From the NCBI GenBank assembly GCA_002345925.1, contig DDWM01000047.1, positions 23,061-87,060 of the forward strand: a stretch of 64,000 bases of DNA, given 5' to 3'. Of this stretch, positions 9,011-19,919 are shown piece by piece (the stretch's first letter is position 1; each line of letters begins with the position of its first letter). This DNA comes from Actinobacteria bacterium UBA2286. GTDB taxonomy: Bacteria; Actinomycetota; Coriobacteriia; Anaerosomatales; Anaerosomataceae. A model generated the notes under the pieces. It did not search any database and was not told the origin of the DNA. It saw only the letters and a program-made list of their open reading frames with translations. A program made the position numbers and the translations under genes.

Positions 9011-10121
9011 TGATACCTTCGACCTCCCGTCGCGCGCGGGCAAGCATGCCCGCGACCTGCACGAACTCTTCTTCTGCGATCTTTTCCTTGCCGAGCAGGA
9101 CCTGCGTCCGCTCAAGTGCAACGCCAGCCGAGGGGTGCCTCTTGCGCCCCATCACCGGCGATCCATACCGTCTTGTGAGCGCGCGCGTGAGCCCATCGGC
9201 AAGCGCTTGCAGTGCCTCTCGGCGGGCACCGGCCTTGCGGTAGAGACCCGCGAGCGAGTCGATGTATGCCGAGGTGCGCGCCACGGGCGTCTCGGCGACC
9301 CCGATCGTCGGGCCGAGACGGCGTCCGTACGCGGCGAGCAAGAGCGCCACGCCGATAGCGAAGACTAGCAGCGCGGATTGTCCACCCGCGCCGAGACGCT
9401 CAAGGATGCCACCGCCTCGCGCGAAACCGTGGTGGTACTCGTCGAAGTAGACCGGACCACGCATCGCCGCGATGAGCACCGCGAGCTGCGCATTATCGGC
9501 CTTCGCGATGCCTTCGTTGGAGAGAGCATATGAGTCGGCAAGCCACACGACCTCGCCCGCGCCTACGCGCCGTACGAGCAGTGCCGAGCCGTCGCTGTCC
9601 TTGAGGACCTCGGCCCACATGCCATCCTCGGGCAGCAGTCGGGCGGAGCCCACGCTTGCCGAATCAACACCCTGGACGTAGACCGACGGCAGAATCGGTC
9701 GAAGCTCTACCGCCTGCCCAAACCGCGTGCTTGCTCTGGCGTCCAGCGCTTGCGCGAACTCGGTCACATACGGTCCCGCAAAGACGACGCGCCCGCCCTG
9801 GCGAACCCACTCGGCAAGGCGCTTGATCTCGGCAACGCTGGCAGGCTTGGCGAACGGCTGGCTTGTGGCGATTAGGACCGTGCCCGTCTCGGGCAGGCTC
9901 TCGAACTGCTGAAGCGTCTGCGGCTTGAGGCCAAGCTCGTCCAGGTAGCGATAGAAGACCTTGAAGCCCGCAGGCGCCGAGGAGAACGTTGTGGAGTCGT
10001 CGAGGCCGGACTTCACGTAACTGTTGGCGCCGACAACCGCAGCCGAGTAGAGCGCGATGACCACTAGCGTGATGGCGAGAGCGGTCAACAGCCGCGGATC
10101 GATGTTGAGCCTACGCCTCAT
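9003..10121 (-). CDS. DUF4350-like membrane-anchored protein
   Basis: 372 aa with an N-terminal TM, a large extracytoplasmic domain, a second TM and a cytoplasmic tail. Its position between DUF4129 and MoxR genes matches the conserved cluster. Confidence 0.6.
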   Translation of the reverse strand: MRRRLNIDPRLLTALAITLVVIALYSAAVVGANSYVKSGLDDSTTFSSAPAGFKVFYRYLDELGLKPQTLQQFESLPETGTVLIATSQPFAKPASVAEIKRLAEWVRQGGRVVFAGPYVTEFAQALDARASTRFGQAVELRPILPSVYVQGVDSASVGSARLLPEDGMWAEVLKDSDGSALLVRRVGAGEVVWLADSYALSNEGIAKADNAQLAVLIAAMRGPVYFDEYHHGFARGGGILERLGAGGQSALLVFAIGVALLLAAYGRRLGPTIGVAETPVARTSAYIDSLAGLYRKAGARREALQALADGLTRALTRRYGSPVMGRKRHPSAGVALERTQVLLGKEKIAEEEFVQVAGMLARARREVEGING

Positions 10122-11149
10122 TCGACATCACCTTCAAGCACGGCGGTGAGTCCAACGTACTCGACCCGTGCATCTCGGTAGCCGTCCGCGCCAGGATCCA
10201 CATGCCCGTACCACGCCGGCTCGAACGCGCCCGCAAGCGCCATCAGCGGTTCATGAACTGCTGGCCGCGCAATCTCAACATCACCGAGAAGCTCCGCGTT
10301 GGTGCGCGTGCGCGTTCTCGGCACAACGCCGCGTTCAACCAGCTCGCGCGCTGCGCCTCCAAAGAGCGCACGCACCGCCTCGCGGTGGCGCCCCTCGCCC
10401 GCCTCGGCATCGGCGAACGCCAGTGCGTCATCCGGCAGGCCCACCGCAGCAGAAACTACCGCATCGTCGGCGGTGTCGGCATCTCCTGCAGTGCGACCCA
10501 CCACTGCGCGTAAGCGACGGACGATCACGAACACGATCCACGCCACAACAAACGCGCTTATCACGAGCAGCCCGTAGAAGATGGCCCGCATCGATGTCTT
10601 CGCAGGGCCCGTGCCCAGTGCCCCGGCAACCCAGTTGAGAACCTTTTCGACTTGTTCCATGAGCCAGTCAAATAGCTGCTGCCCGCTCTCGTCTGCCTTG
10701 GTCACGCCCTCATCCGCGAGGATCTGCTTGAGTAGCGCCGCATCGCCCGAAGGCGGTGTGCCGGGCTCGCCGAGCGCAGCCTCCTGTGAGCGAAGCTGGC
10801 CGAGAAGCTCATCTGCGACGCTCTTGCGCACGTCGGGCCAGCGAGCCGAGTCAAGCCGCGCCACCACGCTCACGAGCGTCCCGTTATCGAGCGCCACCGT
10901 CTGCTCACCAAAGGTGATCGTGGCGGTGTCGGGAATGAGTTCGCGCACGGAGACCGCTACTGACTGTGCGGTCGTGGACTCGTCGATGTTGGCGAGTTCA
11001 CGCTCAACCAGCACGCGTGCCTCGGTCACACGAGACGCATACTCGGCCTGCGACAGGGTCACAGGCGCCTCGATCGCTCCGGCGCCGACCGGCGTCAGGA
11101 GCGAGACTGCCAAGACGCAGGCAGCTATGGTGCGGCGGAGGCGTCTCAT
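10118..11149 (-). CDS. DUF4129-like protein (signal peptide, central TM, C-terminal DUF4129-type region)
   Basis: 343 aa with a signal peptide, a TM at IFYGLLVISAFVVAWIVFVIV, and a C-terminal AFEPAWYGHVDP motif. It has ATGA overlaps on both sides. Confidence 0.6.
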   Translation of the reverse strand: MRRLRRTIAACVLAVSLLTPVGAGAIEAPVTLSQAEYASRVTEARVLVERELANIDESTTAQSVAVSVRELIPDTATITFGEQTVALDNGTLVSVVARLDSARWPDVRKSVADELLGQLRSQEAALGEPGTPPSGDAALLKQILADEGVTKADESGQQLFDWLMEQVEKVLNWVAGALGTGPAKTSMRAIFYGLLVISAFVVAWIVFVIVRRLRAVVGRTAGDADTADDAVVSAAVGLPDDALAFADAEAGEGRHREAVRALFGGAARELVERGVVPRTRTRTNAELLGDVEIARPAVHEPLMALAGAFEPAWYGHVDPGADGYRDARVEYVGLTAVLEGDVE

Positions 11150-12015
11150 GCCGAGGGAGTCAGCTCCCTGGCGCGAACGATAATATCCATACCCTCTTTC
11201 CTCGCCCTAAGGTCGAGGTAGAGACTGAACATCGCAAGCGGGATGAACGGAGCCGGAAGCGCGATCGCGATTCCCAGCGTGAGCCCCTCAAAGACCTTCC
11301 AGGGAACCGACAGTGGCTGGAACACAGCCTCCGGATTCTGCAGGCTGGCAACGAGCTGCCGGATGATCGCTGGCGACCCTATCGCACCCTCAAACGCGGC
11401 CGTCAACGCGCTCACCAGCAGCAAGTAGCCGATCACTCGCCAGTAGCTGCCCTTCACGAGCGCCATCGAGCGCTGGATGGCGACAACGAGATTCGCGTCC
11501 TCGACCACACAGATCACACCAGCAAGGCTGAATGCGGCCCACGCAGCGATGGCCCCCGCTCCAAGCACGAAGAACGATGCGACCGCAGCCGCTCCTATGA
11601 TCAACTCAACGACGATCACCACCAGCAGGTACCAACCGAAGCGCGCCAACCCGCCCTTGAGCACGCTCTTGCCGCTCTCGGCGGGTGCATAGAGCATCCC
11701 CGGAGCTGCGCGCAACACGCTGCTGTCGAGATATGCGCGACCAAGCGCCAGAACCTGCGCGGCCATTCCCATCACCATGTACGAGATCATCATGGTGTTG
11801 ACGAACGCCGCGCTCGGCTCGGCGGCGGTATTCACCGAGGAACCGATAAGCTCCGTGAAACCGCGCAGGTAGAAGTCCTGCCCCAGTCCAGCGATCAGCG
11901 CCGCGGGGAACACGAATATGGCCGAGACGAACAGCAGCTGCTTGTAGCTCCCCCGGTACATCGCCAGCGCATCATCGATGACCGCGCCTATGTTTCTCGG
12001 TCGAACATCCCTCAC
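11146..12015 (-). CDS. polytopic membrane protein, first gene of the MoxR operon
   Basis: 289 aa with 6-7 TM helices. It resembles the membrane domain found in glycerophosphodiester-phosphodiesterase-type proteins. It overlaps the downstream gene by 4 nt. Confidence 0.55.
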   Translation of the reverse strand: MRDVRPRNIGAVIDDALAMYRGSYKQLLFVSAIFVFPAALIAGLGQDFYLRGFTELIGSSVNTAAEPSAAFVNTMMISYMVMGMAAQVLALGRAYLDSSVLRAAPGMLYAPAESGKSVLKGGLARFGWYLLVVIVVELIIGAAAVASFFVLGAGAIAAWAAFSLAGVICVVEDANLVVAIQRSMALVKGSYWRVIGYLLLVSALTAAFEGAIGSPAIIRQLVASLQNPEAVFQPLSVPWKVFEGLTLGIAIALPAPFIPLAMFSLYLDLRARKEGMDIIVRARELTPSA

Positions 12016-12027
12016 AACGCTCCCCCT

Positions 12028-12981
12028 CTACGAACGCAGCGTTACCTCTCCCGCAACCACTGGCGTTGTGGTGTCGGGACCCCGCACGAGCAATCTGCCT
12101 GACGCGTCGATTCCCTCGACCACGCCCGATGCCACGATGGCACCCATGCGATCACGGACGACCACCTCGGAGCCACTCAGCGTGTGCCTGCTTTGGTACG
12201 CGTCCACCATCGCCGCGAATCCCGCCTCCGTGTACTCACGATACGCACGCGCCAGTCCGTCTAGCACAGCGGCCGCAACCGCCGAGGGACTCGCATCCGC
12301 GTGCTCCTCGACAAACGCCGTATCGCCGAGGGAATCCGCGGAAGCGCGCACGTTCACGCCGATGCCAGCGACTACCCACTCCACTCTATCGGTTTCTGCC
12401 GACATCTCCAGGAGGATGCCGGCCACTTTTCTTCCGTTGATGTGCACATCGTTCGGCCATTTCAGGCTGCACGGCACCCCGAGCGACTCCAGACCGTACG
12501 CCACACCAAGAGCGCACGCAGGCGCAAGCGATGCCACCTCGGTGGGCGCACACGGCGGGCGAAGCAGTGCTGATAGGTACGCGCCGCCCTCGGGCGACAC
12601 CCACGTTCTGCCGAGACGCCCCTTGCCTGCCGTCTGTCGGGACGCAACGATGGCGTTTCCCTCGGCGGCGCCCGCGCGCGCGAGCACCTTGCAGTCGTCA
12701 TTGGTGGAGCCGGTCTCCTCGGCACCTTCGATGTGCACCCAGAAAGTGTCTGTGACAAGCCGCTCGACCTCGACCGGGACCAGACCTGCAGGCAGCGAGG
12801 TAAGGTGATAACCCTCACCGCGCGCAGCATCGATGGCGTAGCCGGCCTCGCGAAGCGCCGAGATATGCTTGCCGATGGCAACGCGGCTGATGCCGAACGT
12901 GACCGCAAGCCTCTCGCCGGATATCCCGGACGATCCGGTCGCAACAAGCGCCGAGGCTATCTCGGACCTACGGCTTTTCAT
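12028..12981 (-). CDS. birA: bifunctional biotin-[acetyl-CoA-carboxylase] ligase / biotin operon repressor
   Basis: It has an N-terminal wHTH (ISGERLAVTFGISRVAIGKHISALREAGY) and a GKGRLGRTWVSPEGG ligase motif. The start is at the ATG at 12981 (MKSRRSEIA). Confidence 0.85.
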   Translation of the reverse strand: MKSRRSEIASALVATGSSGISGERLAVTFGISRVAIGKHISALREAGYAIDAARGEGYHLTSLPAGLVPVEVERLVTDTFWVHIEGAEETGSTNDDCKVLARAGAAEGNAIVASRQTAGKGRLGRTWVSPEGGAYLSALLRPPCAPTEVASLAPACALGVAYGLESLGVPCSLKWPNDVHINGRKVAGILLEMSAETDRVEWVVAGIGVNVRASADSLGDTAFVEEHADASPSAVAAAVLDGLARAYREYTEAGFAAMVDAYQSRHTLSGSEVVVRDRMGAIVASGVVEGIDASGRLLVRGPDTTTPVVAGEVTLRS

Positions 12982-13663
12982 CGGGTACGTCCGAAGAATC
13001 AGCCTTCGAGCTGTCGGAGCGCCCCGCGAGCTTCTCGACTCTGGAGCGCAGGAAACGGCTCCGGCCCCACATAAGGGAGATAACCATGACCACGAGCAGG
13101 AACATCCCGAACCAGGTGAGGTTGCGACCAATGGCAAGCGCGCGGTCGAAGTTCTCTGCGAAGATGATGCCCAGTGCAAGCATCAGCACCGTGTAGATCG
13201 TTGCGCCGATGAACATCCAGATTTCAAAGACCCAGATGCGCATCCGCGATACACCGGCGATGACCGGCACGAAGTTCTTGAATATCGCGGCAAAGCGTGA
13301 GAGTACGAGCGTCTTGTTGCCGTGCCGCTCGAAGTACTCCTCGGCAGCCGTTATGCGTTCCTCGTCGAAGAACCGTCCGCCCCATCTGAGGAGCGCTGCC
13401 TTCCCGCCGCGCGTCCCGAAAAGGAACGAGAGGTTAGCGCCTACCATCGCCCCCGCCACCGCGCACGCCGTCACAAGCACCGGATCAAGCGAGCCCTTAA
13501 CGGTCACAAAGCCGGCTGCCATCACGATCGTCTCGCCCGGCGTGGCCGAGCCGATAATGAAGAGATTCTCCGAGATGGCGAAAATGAACACGATGAGGTA
13601 GCCCCAGTCGTTCAGGGCGGCGAGAAACCAATCGAGGATCGGGACACCGGTTTGTGGGGTCAT
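12968..13663 (-). CDS. dedA: DedA/SNARE-associated family membrane protein
   Basis: DedA-type motifs are present (YLIVFIFAISENLFIIGSATPGE, RFAAIFKNFVPVIAGVSRM). The start is at the ATG at 13663, with ATGA overlap to the upstream gene. Confidence 0.85.
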   Translation of the reverse strand: MTPQTGVPILDWFLAALNDWGYLIVFIFAISENLFIIGSATPGETIVMAAGFVTVKGSLDPVLVTACAVAGAMVGANLSFLFGTRGGKAALLRWGGRFFDEERITAAEEYFERHGNKTLVLSRFAAIFKNFVPVIAGVSRMRIWVFEIWMFIGATIYTVLMLALGIIFAENFDRALAIGRNLTWFGMFLLVVMVISLMWGRSRFLRSRVEKLAGRSDSSKADSSDVPDEKP

Positions 13664-14118
13664 GAAGGCTCGCTTTCGTCGGCAGGCGCATCCGGTGAAT
13701 TCCAGTCGAGCCACATTGCGTACGTTGGGAACAGCATAGCGAATGCGACGAGCGACACGAGCAGCATGACAAAGAAATCGAGTGAACTCCTCGTTAAGAA
13801 CGATAGTACGAAGCCTAGTGGGGTTGGCGCAAACGCCAGCGCTACGAGCTTCCAAGAGAACGAGCGGGTCTCGGCCAGCTTGTCTGGTGCTTTGCGAGGA
13901 CCACGACGCTTGAGGTTCCTGCCCATTGCAACGCCCGCCGTGGCTACCGCCCACACGATGAAGCGGAGCGGCTCCTCGCCACCGGGTGCTCCCCAGAACT
14001 GGAAGCGCACAGCGAGCTGCTCGGCGGCGATCAGGACCACCAACCCGAGACCCGGAACCATCGCGGTTCTGACCCATGCGAGATAGGCGACTCTGATCCT
14101 CTCAGTTTCCTGCGTCAC
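13660..14118 (-). CDS. small membrane protein, unknown function
   Basis: 152 aa with about four TM helices. It is tightly packed in the operon. Confidence 0.5.
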   Translation of the reverse strand: MTQETERIRVAYLAWVRTAMVPGLGLVVLIAAEQLAVRFQFWGAPGGEEPLRFIVWAVATAGVAMGRNLKRRGPRKAPDKLAETRSFSWKLVALAFAPTPLGFVLSFLTRSSLDFFVMLLVSLVAFAMLFPTYAMWLDWNSPDAPADESEPS

Positions 14119-14130
14119 GGGCGCCTCACG

Positions 14131-14643
14131 TCAGTTCGCCGCGCCGAGTGTGGACGCGCTGGCCATCTGGCGCTCGTACCATTCGCGGATCTGAGCCGGG
14201 CGCGGATACATGTACGCCCAGCCAGCGACCGAGAGCGCAGCAAACGGGATGTACGGCGTCCAGCTCATGCTGAGGAAGCCGAGGACGAAACCGAGAAGGA
14301 GCGGAATCTCCGCAAGGCTCATCCCAACGACCGCAGCCATCGAGACGCGCTGCTGCGCGGCGAGATCACCCTCAAGGCGCTCGCCGTTCTTCATGTTGAC
14401 GGGCCCGGTTGCGCTAAGCAGCTTCGCCCGCAGCCTCGGAGCGAAGAGAACCACGCCGAGCGCGACGGCCCCGAAGATGGCGATTTGCAGCACCGGCACT
14501 GCGGCACCGGGCTCAACCGGATCTTCAAGCATGAACCAGAGCACGAACGTCATCACGAACAGGATCATCGGAATCATCGCGCATACGATGAACGTCTTCT
14601 GGAAGAGCTTCATATCGAGCGGCTGCCCGGGATACTCGTTCAC
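14131..14643 (-). CDS. small membrane protein, unknown function
   Basis: 170 aa with about four TM helices. It shares an LGFVL(S/G)FL helix motif with the downstream neighbour. Confidence 0.5.
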   Translation of the reverse strand: MNEYPGQPLDMKLFQKTFIVCAMIPMILFVMTFVLWFMLEDPVEPGAAVPVLQIAIFGAVALGVVLFAPRLRAKLLSATGPVNMKNGERLEGDLAAQQRVSMAAVVGMSLAEIPLLLGFVLGFLSMSWTPYIPFAALSVAGWAYMYPRPAQIREWYERQMASASTLGAAN

Positions 14644-14668
14644 GTGTCCCCCTCTAGCGCTGACTGAC

Positions 14669-15577
14669 CTACGGCTTCACTTCATCTAGCCCGAAATCGG
14701 CGGGCGGGGCAAGGGCGAGAGCACTTGAGGACACGATATCGACACCCGTGGCCGCCAGCGCGGCGAGTCGCTCAAAGCGGATTCCGCCGGATGCCTCTAT
14801 CTCGCAGGTCGCTCCCGCCTCGCGAAGCGCGCGCACCGCCGAGGCGAGCGCGGCGTCGTCGAAGTTGTCGAGCATCACGATGTCGGCACCAGCGCTAGCA
14901 GCCTCGAGCGCTTGCTCGAGCGTGTCGGCCTCGATCTCCACGCGCAGCCCGGGGGCGCCCTCGCGCGCGGCCGCGACGGCCGCGCTCACGCTCCCCGCAT
15001 GCGCGAGGTGGTTGTCCTTCACGAGCACCATGTCCCACAGCCCGGCGCGATGGTTGTGCGCGCCGCCAACCGCGACCGCGTACTTGGAGAGCGCGCGCAG
15101 CCCGGGAATCGTCTTGCGGGTGTCGTGCACGCGCAGCGTCGCGCCTGCGGCACTCTGCCACCGGCGTGCCTCGGCAGCTATGCCCGAAAGGATCATCATG
15201 AAGTCGAGTGCGGTTCGCTCGGCAGCTAGGACGAGGCGGGCATTACCCTCCACCTCAAGTACAGGTGTACCTGCCGAGACGAGCGTCCCCTCGGCAATGA
15301 GAGGGAGCAGCTCGACGTCGTCGGGCGCACCGACTGCGGCCGCTAGCATCTCGAAGACGCGGGCCGCGACCGGAAGGCCGCACACGACGGTGTCGGCGCG
15401 CGCGGCGACAACACCCGTGAAGCGAGCATCGACCGGCACGACTGCCGCCGAGGTGACGTCGCGGGCGAGCAGCTCGAAGTCGGGAAACGCCACGCGCAGG
15501 CGGCCCGGAGTGACTCCCAGGTCCTCGGCAAGCGCGGCGGCGATCAGGTCATCGATGGGAGGCAGCGGTGGCAGCAT
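14669..15577 (-). CDS. nadC: nicotinate-nucleotide pyrophosphorylase (carboxylating)
   Basis: QPRTase motifs are present (DTRKTIPGLRALSKYAVAVGGAHNHR, MLDNF). The start is at the ATG at 15577 (MLPPLPPIDD). Confidence 0.9.
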   Translation of the reverse strand: MLPPLPPIDDLIAAALAEDLGVTPGRLRVAFPDFELLARDVTSAAVVPVDARFTGVVAARADTVVCGLPVAARVFEMLAAAVGAPDDVELLPLIAEGTLVSAGTPVLEVEGNARLVLAAERTALDFMMILSGIAAEARRWQSAAGATLRVHDTRKTIPGLRALSKYAVAVGGAHNHRAGLWDMVLVKDNHLAHAGSVSAAVAAAREGAPGLRVEIEADTLEQALEAASAGADIVMLDNFDDAALASAVRALREAGATCEIEASGGIRFERLAALAATGVDIVSSSALALAPPADFGLDEVKP

Positions 15578-15582
15578 GCGGG

Positions 15583-17241
15583 TCACTCCAATCCGACGGC
15601 GACGGCGCCCGCCTCGGGAGCAACGCCCACAGGGATCTCGCGAGGCGTATCCGCGCCGCGGGTCCATGCAAGCCGCACGCGCCAGCGGTCGTCGTCGCGC
15701 ACGGGGTGATCCGAACGGAAGTGCGTGCCCCGGCTCTCCTGACGGAAACGGGCGGCGCACGCGATCAGCGCGGCGACCATCGTCATATTGCGGGCCTCCA
15801 TCGCCTCAACGGCCGGCCCGGTGTTGCCGAGAGACGCCGCTATGCCTTCGAGCTCGCAGCAGGCGGCATCGAGGCCGTCGTGGGTGCGCGTCATGCCGAC
15901 CGAGGTGCTCATCGTGCGCTCGATGTCGGAGCGGGCGATCGCGGGCTCCCCTGCAGGGCCACCCGCGCCAGCACCGGTGATGTGCGCGGCGTGAGACTGC
16001 GGGCGCTCAAGCTCAAGGGCGCGCACGATTCGCCGCGAGAAGACCAGGCCTTCCAGAAGCGAGTTGCTGGCGAGGCGGTTCGCGCCGTGCAGGCCGCTTG
16101 CGGTGACTTCTCCGCTGGCGAAAAGGCCAGGCAACGTCGAGCGCCCGTTGATGTCCACGAGCACGCCGCCGACCATGTAGTGAGCCGCAGGTGCCACCGG
16201 CAGTAAGTCGCGCGAGAGGTCGAAGCCTGCCTCAAGGCACGTCTCCCAAATCTTCGGGAATCGCTCGGCCAAGTGCTCTGCGCCGAGGTGTCGCGCATCG
16301 AGCCAGACGTTCGGCCTGCCGCAGCGCACCATGACCTTCTCGATCTCACGGCTCACGACGTCGCGCGGGGCAAGCTCGGCAAGCGGATGCACGCCGAGCA
16401 TGAAGCGCTCCTCGTTGCAGTCGAGCAGATACGCGCCGTCGCCGCGGAGGGCCTCAGTGATGAGGAACTTGGGGCTGGATGCGCTATCAAGGGCGGTCGG
16501 GTGGAACTGCACGAACTCCATATCGGCGAGCTCCGCGCCTGCGCGCCATGCCGCGGCCACGCCGTCGCCTGTCGCGATGAGCGGGTTGGTGGTGACGCGG
16601 TAGACCTGGCCGCAACCGCCGGTGGCGAGCACGGTCGCGCCTGCCAAAACCACGGTCGGCTCGGCCGCGCCGGCTTCAAGCACGAGCGCGCCAACACAGC
16701 GGCCGTTCTCGGTGAGCAGGTCGACGAGGAATGCGTCCTCCACGAGCTCGATCGCGTCGCTGCGCCTGACGATTGCCGAGAGGGTGTCTTGCACCTCGGC
16801 GCCGGTCGCGTCACCCGAGTGCAGCACGCGCGGCAGCGAGTGGCCGCCCTCGCGGGCAAGCGCAACGCGCCCGTCCGCCGAGCGGTCGAATGCCACGCCG
16901 AGCGACACGAGCTCGCCAAGCGCGTCGCCCGCTTCGCCCACGACTGCGCGAACGACGTCGGGCTCGCAGAGGCCCTGCCCGACGATGAGCGTGTCCGAGA
17001 GGTGCAGCTCGACAGAGTCGGTCTCGCCCACCGCACCGGCGATGCCGCCCTGTGCGTACCAGGTGTTGGTCTCGGAGAGCTCGCCTTTGGTCACGAGCAG
17101 CACGCGTGCGAACTGCGACGCCTGAAGCGCCGCTACCAGACCCGCGATGCCGCTGCCCACAACGAGCACGTCGCACTCACGCTTTGCGAGCGCATCGGTG
17201 TCGAAGCCGAGCAGGTATCGTGGGCCGGCAGGCGCGTTCAC
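15583..17241 (-). CDS. nadB: L-aspartate oxidase
   Basis: The FAD motif is DVLVVGSGIAGL, with succinate dehydrogenase/fumarate reductase-like flavoprotein motifs. GTG at 17241 overlaps the nadA stop (GTGA). Confidence 0.9.
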   Translation of the reverse strand: MNAPAGPRYLLGFDTDALAKRECDVLVVGSGIAGLVAALQASQFARVLLVTKGELSETNTWYAQGGIAGAVGETDSVELHLSDTLIVGQGLCEPDVVRAVVGEAGDALGELVSLGVAFDRSADGRVALAREGGHSLPRVLHSGDATGAEVQDTLSAIVRRSDAIELVEDAFLVDLLTENGRCVGALVLEAGAAEPTVVLAGATVLATGGCGQVYRVTTNPLIATGDGVAAAWRAGAELADMEFVQFHPTALDSASSPKFLITEALRGDGAYLLDCNEERFMLGVHPLAELAPRDVVSREIEKVMVRCGRPNVWLDARHLGAEHLAERFPKIWETCLEAGFDLSRDLLPVAPAAHYMVGGVLVDINGRSTLPGLFASGEVTASGLHGANRLASNSLLEGLVFSRRIVRALELERPQSHAAHITGAGAGGPAGEPAIARSDIERTMSTSVGMTRTHDGLDAACCELEGIAASLGNTGPAVEAMEARNMTMVAALIACAARFRQESRGTHFRSDHPVRDDDRWRVRLAWTRGADTPREIPVGVAPEAGAVAVGLE

Positions 17242-18161
17242 CCGAGCGCCACCATGCGCTCGACGGCGGCAAGCGCGCGCACTCGGACGTCCTCGGCAAC
17301 CGTGACTTCTCCGGTCATGTCGCGGAGGCAGTCGCGGACCTTCGTGAGCGACGTGAGCTTCATGTTGGGGCAGAGCATCTTGGGCTCGACGTTGTAGAAG
17401 CGCTTGCCGCGCGCGGCCTTGGCCAGGCCGTGCAGCAAGCCGTTCTCGGTGACGACCACGAACTCGTCGGCCGGGGAGCTCGCCACGTGGCGCAGCATGC
17501 CGCTCGTGGAGAGCACGGCGTCGGCAAGCGCGTTCACCTCGGGGCGGCATTCGGGGTGCGTGAGCACTTCGGCCAGCGGGTGGATGTCCATCATCTCGAC
17601 GACCATCTCGGGTGTGACCTCATCGTGGATCGGGCAGTAGCCGTCCCACGCGACGATCTCGACCTCAGGCAGCTGAGAAGCGACCCACGCCGCAAGGTTG
17701 CGGTCGGGTGCGAAGAGCACCTTCGGGACGCCGAGGGAGCGCACGACCTCGACGGCGTTCGCCGAAGTGCAGCAGATGTCGGTCTCGGCCTTCACTTCTG
17801 CCGAGGAGTTCACGTACGTCACGAGCGGCAGGCCGGGGTGCTCGGCCTTGAACGCGCGCGCCTGCTCTGCCGTGATCATGTCGGCCATGGGGCAGCCGGC
17901 GCCTGGCTCGGGCAGGAGCACCGTCTTGTCGGGCGAGAGGATCTTCGCGGTCTCGGCCATGAAATGCACGCCCGCAAACACGATCACCGAAGCGTCCGTG
18001 GCCGCCGCTTCGCGCGAAAGCCCGAGCGAGTCGCCCACGAACGATGCGGCGTCTTGCACCTCGGCACGCTGGTAGTTGTGCGCGATGACAACGGCGTCAC
18101 GCTCGCGCGCAAGGTGCCGGATCTCGGCCTGGATGGCGGTGATGTCTTCGCGCGGCGTCAT
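17238..18161 (-). CDS. nadA: quinolinate synthase
   Basis: 307 aa with NadA-type motifs (HFMAETAKIL, CPMADM, YVNSSAEVKA). Confidence 0.9.
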   Translation of the reverse strand: MTPREDITAIQAEIRHLARERDAVVIAHNYQRAEVQDAASFVGDSLGLSREAAATDASVIVFAGVHFMAETAKILSPDKTVLLPEPGAGCPMADMITAEQARAFKAEHPGLPLVTYVNSSAEVKAETDICCTSANAVEVVRSLGVPKVLFAPDRNLAAWVASQLPEVEIVAWDGYCPIHDEVTPEMVVEMMDIHPLAEVLTHPECRPEVNALADAVLSTSGMLRHVASSPADEFVVVTENGLLHGLAKAARGKRFYNVEPKMLCPNMKLTSLTKVRDCLRDMTGEVTVAEDVRVRALAAVERMVALG

Positions 18162-18162
18162 G

Positions 18163-19014
18163 TCAGACTCCCGTCGTAAGCTGCATGTTGTCGATAAGTC
18201 GGGTGTTGCCGAGGCGGACCGCGATGATCGCGCGCGCCGGAGAGTCGAGCGTTGCGGGCTCCGTGAGTGTCGCGAGGTCTACGACCGCGGCGTAGTCGAG
18301 CGTGGCCAGGGGCTCCTCGGCAATGCAGGCACGCATGGCTTCGGCGAGGAGCGCGATGTCGCGCTCGCCGCCGAGTGCAAGCGTCTCGGCGGTGCGAAGC
18401 GCGCGGTAGAGCGCGGTGGCCGCACGGCGCTCTTCTGGGGAAAGGTAGGCATTGCGACTGGAGAGAGCGAGACCGTCGGACTCGCGGATGATCGGACACG
18501 GCACCACGCGCACGGCCGCATCAAGGTCGCATACCATGCGCTTGATGATCGTGAGCTGCTGGAAGTCCTTCTCGCCAAAGAATGCGAGGTCCGGCTGAAC
18601 GATATTGAGAAGCTTGGAGACCACGGTGCACACGCCACCGAAGTGGCCTGGCCGGATAGCGCCTTCCCACAACTCGCCGAGCGGACCCGGCGTGACCTCC
18701 ACCTGAGCGTCGGCTGCGTACATCGACGCCGTCGTCGGCGTGAAGAGCAAGTCGGCGCCCTCGGCCTTGAGCAGCTGCATGTCATGCTCGAGGTCGCGCG
18801 GATACGCCTCGAAGTCCTCGCCGGGACCGAACTGCGTCGGGTTCACGAAGATGGAGACCGCCACGTAGTCGGCGCGCTCGCATGCCGCGCGCACGAGCGA
18901 CAGATGGCCTTCGTGCAGCGCACCCATCGTCGGGATGAGCGCGATGCGCTTTCCCTCACGTCGGGCGGCAAGAACCGCCTGACGAACTTCCTCCTTGGAG
19001 ACAACTCGCTCCAT
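18163..19014 (-). CDS. panC: pantoate--beta-alanine ligase
   Basis: PTMGALHEGHLSL and FGEKDFQQL motifs are present. Confidence 0.9.
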   Translation of the reverse strand: MERVVSKEEVRQAVLAARREGKRIALIPTMGALHEGHLSLVRAACERADYVAVSIFVNPTQFGPGEDFEAYPRDLEHDMQLLKAEGADLLFTPTTASMYAADAQVEVTPGPLGELWEGAIRPGHFGGVCTVVSKLLNIVQPDLAFFGEKDFQQLTIIKRMVCDLDAAVRVVPCPIIRESDGLALSSRNAYLSPEERRAATALYRALRTAETLALGGERDIALLAEAMRACIAEEPLATLDYAAVVDLATLTEPATLDSPARAIIAVRLGNTRLIDNMQLTTGV

Positions 19015-19016
19015 GC

Positions 19017-19898
<882 letters not shown>

Positions 19899-19919
19899 CT
19901 GTAGCTCCTTCCCGGCAGT

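Noticed and set aside
15583-17550. Long N-terminal extensions in ORF-track entries (nadB 655 aa, dedA 369 aa, folP 396 aa, birA 383 aa, nadC 363 aa, moxR 356 aa, cpaB 313 aa and others)
   Set aside because: The extensions are Arg/Pro-rich and overlap the upstream gene by 100-400 nt. In-frame starts exist at or just after the upstream stop, often as ATGA/GTGA overlaps, and these give family-typical N-termini.
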